Assembly: GCA_934660865.1 (NCBI GenBank)
Contig: CAKUIA010000011.1
Span: 56,196-88,195, forward strand
Direction of reading: 5' to 3'
DNA from: an uncultured Opitutales bacterium
GTDB taxonomy: Bacteria; Verrucomicrobiota; Verrucomicrobiia; Opitutales; Intestinicryptomonadaceae
Length of the DNA stretch: 32,000 bases
Under the pieces are notes generated by a model. The model ran no database searches, was not told the origin of the DNA, and saw only the letters and a list, made by a program, of their open reading frames with translations. Positions within the stretch are counted from its first letter, which is position 1; each line of letters starts with the position of its first letter. Positions 1-6,631 of the stretch are shown piece after piece. A program made the translations under genes and the position numbers.

Positions 1-612
1 TTTTTGGGCATAGCTTTTTGCGCTTGCCAACGACGACGCTGCGCCCTCGGTTGCAACCGCGTTCATCGGGGCCGTAAGCATGTACGACACCGCGCGTTTT
101 TGCGCGTAGCTAAGCGAGTTTACCGCCGCATTGAAATTCGACTTTACAATTTCAAACTGCCTTTTGTTCTGGAAATTTTCGCCGGGGGCGGCCATTACGG
201 TTTTCTCGGTTTCGGCAATTTTGTCTTTTGCCGATTGTATTGCGTCTTTCGAAAAGTCGTATATGTTGGCGACGCTTTTCAGCTTGTCGGCAAATTCGCC
301 CAAAGCCTTTTTGTGCCCCGCCAAGTTGCCTTCGGTTTTTTCCAGATTGCAGTTGAAAGCCTTAAGCGATTTCTCGAATTCGCACAGCTGCTTTTTGTAG
401 TCGGCATAAAGCTTTTGGGTAGAGGAATACGCCGAGGAGAAATCCTGCGCCATATTGTAGGCGTTGTTTTTTGTCTCTATTGCAGAATTGAATTTTGCGG
501 CCGCCGCGCTTGGTGTTGCCTGCGGTTTTGCAGCCGTTTGTGCAAACGCGCACGAGCACAGCAACAGTGCCGATACAAATAAAAATTGGGTATGTAAATA
601 TTGTCTTTTCAT
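1..612 (-). CDS. Secreted alpha-helical protein of unknown function, partial (C-terminus lies beyond the left edge)
   Basis: This ORF is absent from the supplied track because it runs off the window. My own translation starts at the ATG at 612-610: MKRQYLHTQFLFVSALLLCSCAFAQTAAKPQ... The frame stays open for all 204 codons down to position 1. The N-terminus is a signal peptide (hydrophobic core, AFA-Q cleavage-like site). The rest has a K/E/A/S-rich helical composition. I recognise no family. Confidence 0.55.
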   Translation of the reverse strand, partial: MKRQYLHTQFLFVSALLLCSCAFAQTAAKPQATPSAAAAKFNSAIETKNNAYNMAQDFSSAYSSTQKLYADYKKQLCEFEKSLKAFNCNLEKTEGNLAGHKKALGEFADKLKSVANIYDFSKDAIQSAKDKIAETEKTVMAAPGENFQNKRQFEIVKSNFNAAVNSLSYAQKRAVSYMLTAPMNAVATEGAASSLASAKSYAQK

Positions 613-684
613 ACCCAAAATTATACGGAATTTTTCCGCAATTTGTAAAGCCCATTAAGGGCAAATTTTTTCAAAAATGTCCAA

Positions 685-1461
685 CTAAGACTTGGGTATT
701 GCAAGCGAATTTTTTTCGGCAAATTTCGCAAAGTCTTCGGTTGGAGGCGCCGTAAACGAAAAGTCCTTTATGGCCGCGCTTAAGTCCAGCTTAAAAGCGT
801 GCAGGGCCTGCCTTTTCATCGGCAAAAGTTTTGCCATTTCGGCGGTAAAACCCTTTTCGATAAAGTCCAGATACAAAGTTTCGTCGGGTCCGTATATTTT
901 GTCGCCCACAACGGGGTAGCCCAGCCATTGGGCGTGTACTCTAATTTGATGCTTGCGCCCCGTAATAATCCTTACCTTGCAAAGAGTGTAGTTGTTGGCA
1001 ACGCTTTGGGGGGTAAAATAGGTACACGCCTTTTTGGCTGTGGTTTTGCGCATTGCGCACATTTGCTTTATGGCCACAAGCGAATTTTTGTCTTCTATAA
1101 GCGGCTGCGAAACGGTTGCCGAAAAGTTCATGGAGCCCTGCAAAATGGCCAAATATTCTTTTTTTGCCAAGCCGTGCTCCAGGGCTCGCTGCGCAACCGA
1201 CGCCGCCTTTTTGTGCTTTGCAAGAACTACAATGCCGCTGGTTTCCCTGTCTAGCCTGCTTACCAAATGCAGCGAATCCAGCTTTGTATATACGCGGCTA
1301 GCCCCCACTAAACTGGAAAGGTCGCCGTTTTTTGATGGGTGGCAAACAAGCCAGCCGGGTTTGTTCAAAACAAGGTAGTCGGCGTCTTCGTATATAATCC
1401 ACTTGGGAAATTCGTTTATGTCTACAAGCGGGGCTTCTTCGCCGAAGGGGTCGTGCGTCAT
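685..1461 (-). CDS. RluA-family pseudouridine synthase
   Basis: 258 aa. Contains the catalytic-Asp motif SRLDRETSGIVVLAK and the HQIRVH motif, as in the RluA/RluC/RluD family. Its ATG overlaps the upstream stop as ATGA (1458-1461). Confidence 0.9.
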   Translation of the reverse strand: MTHDPFGEEAPLVDINEFPKWIIYEDADYLVLNKPGWLVCHPSKNGDLSSLVGASRVYTKLDSLHLVSRLDRETSGIVVLAKHKKAASVAQRALEHGLAKKEYLAILQGSMNFSATVSQPLIEDKNSLVAIKQMCAMRKTTAKKACTYFTPQSVANNYTLCKVRIITGRKHQIRVHAQWLGYPVVGDKIYGPDETLYLDFIEKGFTAEMAKLLPMKRQALHAFKLDLSAAIKDFSFTAPPTEDFAKFAEKNSLAIPKS

Positions 1462-2174
1462 AATTTTTCGCCCTCCATTATGGAAACGCTGTTTAGCGAG
1501 GTTAAAAAGTAGCGTCTTTTAAAGTTGCAAAAGTTTGCCTTTTTAAACATTTCCTCCATTTTTGCGCCGTCGGGGAAAAGCTTTGCCGTTTTCGAAAGAT
1601 AAATGTAGTCGTCTTTGTTCGAGCCCGCAAAAGCCGCAATTTGCGGGGTTATTTTGTCCATAAAAAACGACACGATTTTGCCCGACAAACTTTTCGAAAG
1701 CGCAACCTCCAAAATAAACAGTTTGCCGCCTTTTTTCAGAACGCGGTTAAATTCCGCAAGGCACTTTTGGCGGTCCTGAAAATTCCTGAACCCGAACGCC
1801 ACGGTAATCGCGCCGAATGTATTGTCGGCAAAGGCGTGCAGGTCTAAGCAGTCGCACTCGGCAAATTCGGCGTTTTTAAACGCCGCCAATTTGGATTTTG
1901 CCAGCCGCAATAGCTCGGGGCAAAAATCGGCGCATACAACGCCGCGGGGCAGCCCGACTTTCAGCGCCGAAAGCGCCACGTCGCCGCTGCCGCAGGCCGC
2001 GTCCAGCAAGGGGGCGTTTGAGCATAGCTTTGCCGCCTTTTTTGCCAAGACATTGCGCCAATATTTGTCCAGCCCAAAGCACATAAGGCGGTTTGCCCTG
2101 TCGTAGTTTTCGGCAATGCCCGAAAACATTTTTTTTACCTCTTCGGGATTCCTCTTTTCGAAATTATTGTTCAT
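1458..2174 (-). CDS. ubiE: UbiE/MenG-type class I SAM-dependent methyltransferase (demethylmenaquinone/ubiquinone C-methyltransferase family)
   Basis: 238 aa. The N-terminal signature FSGIAENYDRANRLMCFGLDKYWR matches the UbiE family pattern. The SAM motif I is LDAACGSGDVAL. It overlaps the upstream gene by 11 nt and the downstream gene by 4 nt. Confidence 0.8.
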   Translation of the reverse strand: MNNNFEKRNPEEVKKMFSGIAENYDRANRLMCFGLDKYWRNVLAKKAAKLCSNAPLLDAACGSGDVALSALKVGLPRGVVCADFCPELLRLAKSKLAAFKNAEFAECDCLDLHAFADNTFGAITVAFGFRNFQDRQKCLAEFNRVLKKGGKLFILEVALSKSLSGKIVSFFMDKITPQIAAFAGSNKDDYIYLSKTAKLFPDGAKMEEMFKKANFCNFKRRYFLTSLNSVSIMEGEKL

Positions 2175-3756
2175 TTTTCTTTTCGTTGAACGAGCTTACA
2201 ACCCACTTCGACAAAGTTTCGTCGGGGTTTTTAACCGTCTGGGCGTCTATTGTAAATTTCGTCTTTTTGTTGTTTCTCGAAATTATCGACAATGCGTGCT
2301 TAAAGTCCTTGAACTTTTCGGCGCACAATGTGGAAACTTCCTTGTCGCATTCGGCGGCCTCGGCTATTATTTCCCTTTGCGCCCCCTCGTCGAATTCAAG
2401 CTTAAAGCCCGTTTCGCTTTCGAAAGCGGCCGCAAATTTCGAGATGTCCTTTTCCAGCACGCTTCGGCGCAAAGGTTCCGAATTTTCCAAAATTTCCTTC
2501 AAATACTCCTTCGGGTTTTCGAGGGTGTCGGTTGTAATTTCGAACCTTGTAATGCCCGCGCTTGGCAGCTCGAATTTAAAGTCGCGCAAGAGCTTTTCCA
2601 TTACGGTAAGCAGGCCGCGCGCGCCCGTCTTTTCAAGATAGGCCTTTTCGGCTATTTTGTCGATTGCCTCTTTTGTTATTTCAAAGTCTATGCCGTAGCC
2701 CTCGAAATCGCGCGTGTACTGCTTTAAAATCGAGCCTTCCGACGACTTTAAAATGTCGGCAAGGTCTTTTGCCGTAAGGGCGTCGCACGCAACCCTTACC
2801 GGAAGCCTGCCTATAAATTCGGCCTCGAAACCGTATTTTACAAAGTCCTGCGTTTCGGCAAATTTCAGGTATTCGCTAGGGTCTTTGTCCGACAATTCGC
2901 TTTCGGTGCCGAAACCTATTGTGCCTTTATTGAAGCGCTTTGCTATGTTTTCGGAAAGCTTGTCGAAAGCGCCGCTTACAATAAACAGAATGTGGCGCGT
3001 GTTTATGGTGCGCTTTTTGGATTTGCCGTCGTCGGCCATCATCTGCATTTGCGCCATCATATCCTGCGGGCTTAGAACGTTTACGTTCGAGTCTTCCATA
3101 AGCTTTAGCAGGTTTATCTGCACGCCGCGTCCCGAAACGTCTTTGCCGCGCGGGTCGGCGCTGCCGGCAATCTTGTCGATTTCGTCTATGTATATTATGC
3201 CGTATTGGGCTATGTCTACATTGCCGTTTGCGGTTTTCACCAAATCGCGCACAAGGTCTTCAACGTCGCCGCCAATGTAGCCCGTTTCCGAGAATTTTGT
3301 GGCGTCGGCCTTTACAAAGGGAACCCCTATAAGCTTTGCTATTGTGCGCATTAAATAGGTTTTGCCCACGCCCGTAGGCCCCAAAATAAGTATGTTGGGC
3401 TTGTTGTATTCGGCGTCTTTAAGCTTGGGGTTTTGCAGGCAGCGCCTCACATGGTTGTAGTGGTCGCATATTGCAACCGACAAAACTTTTTTCGCCTCCT
3501 CCTGCTTTATGACGTATTTGTTCAGAAAATCCCTGATTTCCTTAGGCTTCATCGAAAAGTTGCGGATATTTTCCAAAACCTTGTTAGCCTCGTCGTCGCC
3601 TTCGGGCTTGGATTGTGCGTTTCTCGTAAATTGCGGGCGCTCAACCTTTATGTTTGTGCCCTTAAAAAGATTTTCCAACTGCCTTTGAATTTCGTCGATT
3701 GGATTGCCTGTTTCTTTGCCGTTGTTTTCGGGCGTATTGTTTTTGTCGTTTTCCAT
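2164..3756 (-). CDS. ClpX-like AAA+ ATPase lacking the N-terminal zinc-binding domain and carrying a C-terminal extension
   Basis: 530 aa. Motifs read:
- ClpX-like pre-ATPase segment: PKEIRDFLNKYVIKQEEAKKVLSVAICDHY.
- Walker A: ILGPTGVGKT.
- Pore loop: TGYIGGDVE.
- Walker B: IIYIDEIDKI.
- IGF-containing loop: KGTIGFGTES.
- Sensor-2 region: KTGARGL.
The first 75 aa contain no Cys4 cluster. About 120 extra residues follow the small AAA+ subdomain. Confidence 0.8.
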   Translation of the reverse strand: MENDKNNTPENNGKETGNPIDEIQRQLENLFKGTNIKVERPQFTRNAQSKPEGDDEANKVLENIRNFSMKPKEIRDFLNKYVIKQEEAKKVLSVAICDHYNHVRRCLQNPKLKDAEYNKPNILILGPTGVGKTYLMRTIAKLIGVPFVKADATKFSETGYIGGDVEDLVRDLVKTANGNVDIAQYGIIYIDEIDKIAGSADPRGKDVSGRGVQINLLKLMEDSNVNVLSPQDMMAQMQMMADDGKSKKRTINTRHILFIVSGAFDKLSENIAKRFNKGTIGFGTESELSDKDPSEYLKFAETQDFVKYGFEAEFIGRLPVRVACDALTAKDLADILKSSEGSILKQYTRDFEGYGIDFEITKEAIDKIAEKAYLEKTGARGLLTVMEKLLRDFKFELPSAGITRFEITTDTLENPKEYLKEILENSEPLRRSVLEKDISKFAAAFESETGFKLEFDEGAQREIIAEAAECDKEVSTLCAEKFKDFKHALSIISRNNKKTKFTIDAQTVKNPDETLSKWVVSSFNEKKNEQ

Positions 3757-3852
3757 AAAATCTGCTTGTTTTGCTTGACTTGAATGTTGAAAAAACCCAA
3801 GATCAGCGGTTTAATTTTTATTACACATTCTTATTTAAAAACGAAAAACGCA

Positions 3853-4209
3853 ATGCAAAACCTAACAAAAAGAGAAATTGTCCACACAATATACGAATCT
3901 AAAGAAGAATGCAAACAGGGTTTCGTTCTTCAGAACGACGTAAAAGATATCGTTCAAAAAACTTTGGATATAATTCGCGATTCGTTGGTTCAGGGCAGAA
4001 ATGTGGAACTGCGCAACTTCGGCGTGCTTGAAGTTCAGGTTCGCAAGCCCAGAATTGGCCGCAACCCCACAAAGCCCGAAACAGACATTGAAATTCCCAA
4101 AAGGGCTATCGTAAAATTTAAAGCGGGCAAAGAAATGAAGGCAGCCCTAAGCAAGCTTAACTTGGCAACGGTTGAAACGTCTAAGGCCGCCAGAGCAAGA
4201 GGAAAATAG
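3853..4209 (+). CDS. HU/IHF-family DNA-binding protein
   Basis: Family pattern seen: LTKREIV...VELRNFGVLEVQVRKPRIGRNPTKPETDIEIPKRAIVKFKAGKEMK (beta-arm RNP motif). I chose the internal ATG at 3853 (MQNLTKREI) because the 23 upstream codons of track ORF 3784 have no family counterpart. Confidence 0.85.
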   Translation: MQNLTKREIVHTIYESKEECKQGFVLQNDVKDIVQKTLDIIRDSLVQGRNVELRNFGVLEVQVRKPRIGRNPTKPETDIEIPKRAIVKFKAGKEMKAALSKLNLATVETSKAARARGK

Positions 4210-4214
4210 GCCGT

Positions 4215-5513
4215 ATGTTTAAAACGCTTCCGGGTTTTAGGGAATTTTATCCCGAAGACAGAGCCAAGCGCGACTTTATCTTCGACAAGTGGCGCAACGC
4301 CGCAAAAAGCTTCGGCTTTGTCGAATTCGACCCGCCCGTGCTCGAACCGTTGGAGCTTTTTACCGAAAAATCGGGCGAGGAAATAAAGTCGCAGCTTTTC
4401 GAATTTGTAGACAAAGGCGACAGAGCCGTGTCGTTGCGTCCAGAAATGACGCCGTCGTTGGCGAGAATGGTTGGCGCGCACGCAAAGGGCATACGCAAGC
4501 CCGTAAAATGGTTTGCCATAGGCGAAAACTACCGCTACGAGCGCCAGCAAAAGGGCAGGCTAAGGGCGTTTTACCAATACAACGCCGACATTTTGGGCGA
4601 GGAATCGCTTGCTGCCGACGCCGAAGTTATTGCCCTGCTTATAGAGTCTTTAAGGAGCTTTTCGCTTACCGAAAACGAATTTAAACTGCGCTTGGGCGAC
4701 AGAAAGCTTTGGGTGTATTTCCTGCGCATGGCGGGCATTACCGAAGAGCTTGACATGAAAGTGTTGTCGGTGGTAGATAAAATCGAAAAGGTTAACGCGC
4801 AGGCTTTCGACGAAATGTTGTCCGAAGCACTAAGCGGCACAAACCTGAACGTTGCCGAAATTTCCGAAAAAATACATTCGTTTGTAAAAACTTCGTCGAT
4901 AGAGCAGATATGCGGGATTGCCGAAACTGCAAGCGACGACTTTAAGGCCCGCGTTGGCGATTGGCAAAGTCTTTTGGCATTGCTTGGCAGTATGGGCTAC
5001 GGCGGCTATATAAAACCCGACATGGGCATAGTTAGGGGCTTGGCATACTATACGGGTTTTGTGTTCGAAGCTTTCCAAACCGTAGGCACGGGCAGGGCTT
5101 TGGCAGGCGGCGGCAGGTACGACAACCTTGTAAAAAAGCTCGGCTACCCGGATATGCCCGCAGTGGGCTTCGGTATGGGCGATGTTACCGTAGGCGATTT
5201 GCTTGAGCTGACGGGGAAATCGGGGGCTGTAAGCGACGCTTTGGACATCTACGCCGTTATAGGCGACGAATCTTTGCGCGCCAAAGCGCTGCCGTATATT
5301 TTCGGGCTTCGCCGCAGGGGCTTGAAGGTAGACTATTCCTTTAAGGAAGCGTCTTTCGGCAAGCAGTTTAAAACGGCCGATGCGCTAAAGGCAAAGTACG
5401 CCGTTATTTTCGGCGGCGACGAATTTGCAAACGCAAGCGTTAAGATTAAAAACCTTGCAAACGCAAGCGAAACACTTGTAAAGCTTGGCGATTTGCAGGA
5501 ATTCGACTTTTAA
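4215..5513 (+). CDS. hisS: Histidyl-tRNA synthetase
   Basis: 432 aa. Class II motifs: LRPEMTPSLARMV, FAIGENYRYERQQKGRLRAFYQYNADILG and GGGRYDNLV. An anticodon-binding C-terminal domain is present. Confidence 0.95.
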   Translation: MFKTLPGFREFYPEDRAKRDFIFDKWRNAAKSFGFVEFDPPVLEPLELFTEKSGEEIKSQLFEFVDKGDRAVSLRPEMTPSLARMVGAHAKGIRKPVKWFAIGENYRYERQQKGRLRAFYQYNADILGEESLAADAEVIALLIESLRSFSLTENEFKLRLGDRKLWVYFLRMAGITEELDMKVLSVVDKIEKVNAQAFDEMLSEALSGTNLNVAEISEKIHSFVKTSSIEQICGIAETASDDFKARVGDWQSLLALLGSMGYGGYIKPDMGIVRGLAYYTGFVFEAFQTVGTGRALAGGGRYDNLVKKLGYPDMPAVGFGMGDVTVGDLLELTGKSGAVSDALDIYAVIGDESLRAKALPYIFGLRRRGLKVDYSFKEASFGKQFKTADALKAKYAVIFGGDEFANASVKIKNLANASETLVKLGDLQEFDF

Positions 5514-5525
5514 TTAAAATAAAAC

Positions 5526-5570
5526 TAAAAAAGCCCCCTTTGTCGCAAAACGGCATGGGGGCTTTTTTTG
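5526..5570. terminator. Bidirectional intrinsic terminator between hisS and the convergent small membrane protein gene
   Basis: Stem AGCCCCC (5532-5538) pairs with GGGGGCT (5557-5563), with an inner TGTCG/CGGCA extension. An A-run sits upstream and a T-run (5563-5569) downstream. Confidence 0.75.
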
Positions 5571-5608
5571 TTGCAGAATTTTCGGTTTAACAATTAGGCG
5601 GAGTTTTT

Positions 5609-5917
5609 TTACTTGCCTGGTTGTTGTTTTTGCGGAGGTTTTAGGGTTATTACATATTCCTTTACCTTTTGCGTTTGGGCGGGCTTGCTTTGAGCTTTGT
5701 CGGCTTTTGCGTTGTATGCCTGCAAAAGCGACTGCAAAAAGGCGATAGACGCAACTACAACCGCCGCAATAATCGTAAAATACACAATTTTTACAAGCGA
5801 TTTTGCCTTTTTTGGAGGCTCGAAGGCAATGCCGTCTTTGCGCCTTATTTTGATTTTCGGACCGGCGTAGCTTGGCCTTCTTTTGGGCGACGCCAACTTT
5901 TTTAAATCTATAATCAT
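5609..5917 (-). CDS. Small bitopic membrane protein, unknown function
   Basis: 102 aa. Basic N-terminus (KKLASPKRRPSYAGPKIKIRRK), a single hydrophobic helix (IVYFTIIAAVVVASIAFLQSLL), and a K/Q/P-rich tail. I recognise no family. The coding call rests on composition and the clean terminator downstream. Confidence 0.45.
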   Translation of the reverse strand: MIIDLKKLASPKRRPSYAGPKIKIRRKDGIAFEPPKKAKSLVKIVYFTIIAAVVVASIAFLQSLLQAYNAKADKAQSKPAQTQKVKEYVITLKPPQKQQPGK

Positions 5918-6037
5918 AATCTTTGTAATCGACTATTGCCGTTTTTTATAAAAAAGCAAATTTTTACTTGCAGAAATAAACCGTGCAGATAGTCTTTTAA
6001 CGATTTTATAGATATAATTTATACAAGTGCTCGATAT

Positions 6038-6613
6038 ATGAAAAAAATATGCAGATTTTTTGCGTTGCTATGCGCAATATTTGTTTCGACGGCGGTCCTT
6101 GCCCAGTCGGACTCCTATAAATTGTCTCCCCTAGACGTTATTAAATTGGACGTGTTTCAGGAACAGGATTTGTCTACAACCACAAAAATATCGGCTTCGG
6201 GCACGGTTTCGCTTCCCCTTATAGGCGAAGTTAAGCTTGCAGGCCTTACAATTTTAGACGCGACAACAAAAATCAAGGATTTGTATGCCGCCGACTATTT
6301 GGTCAACCCCCAAATAAACCTTTTTATTTTGGAATATGCCCCCAAGCGCGTAAGCGTTTTCGGCCAGGTTTTCAGGCAGGGCGAAGTTAGGTTTCCGCCC
6401 GAAGAGGGCATAACCCTTACAAAGGCCATAGGCGACGCCGGCGGCTTTACAGGCAAGGCAAACCGCTCAAGCGTTATCGTAAAGCGCATTATGCCCGACG
6501 GTACCCAAAAGACTTTCGATGTAAACGTTAAAGACATTCTCGACAACAAAACGGCAAGGGATATGCCCCTTGAAGACGGCGACATTGTTCAGGTGCAAGA
6601 ATCCATATTCTAG
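6038..6613 (+). CDS. Polysaccharide export protein, Wza/OPX-like (Poly_export plus SLBB-type architecture, short form)
   Basis: 191 aa. Signal peptide MKKICRFFALLCAIFVSTAVLAQ. Family-typical segments: LSPLDVIKLDVFQEQDLS, SASGTVSLPLIGEVKLAGLT and DGDIVQV. Confidence 0.8.
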   Translation: MKKICRFFALLCAIFVSTAVLAQSDSYKLSPLDVIKLDVFQEQDLSTTTKISASGTVSLPLIGEVKLAGLTILDATTKIKDLYAADYLVNPQINLFILEYAPKRVSVFGQVFRQGEVRFPPEEGITLTKAIGDAGGFTGKANRSSVIVKRIMPDGTQKTFDVNVKDILDNKTARDMPLEDGDIVQVQESIF

Positions 6614-6631
6614 TCTAGGTATTTATTTTAT

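Noticed and set aside
4-582. 192-aa plus-strand ORF at the left edge.
   Set aside because: Its composition is Cys/Arg/Phe-rich and looks like nonsense. The opposite strand carries an ORF with a signal peptide and protein-like composition that stays open all the way to position 1.
2093-3280. Several 180-200-aa plus-strand ORFs opposite the ClpX-like gene.
   Set aside because: They are S/F/L-rich with no motifs. The minus strand has the complete set of AAA+ motifs.
3784-3852. Upstream ATG extension of the HU/IHF-like ORF (MLKKPKISGLIFITHSYLKTKNA).
   Set aside because: The 23 extra residues have no counterpart in the HU/IHF family. The internal ATG at 3853 gives the canonical N-terminus.
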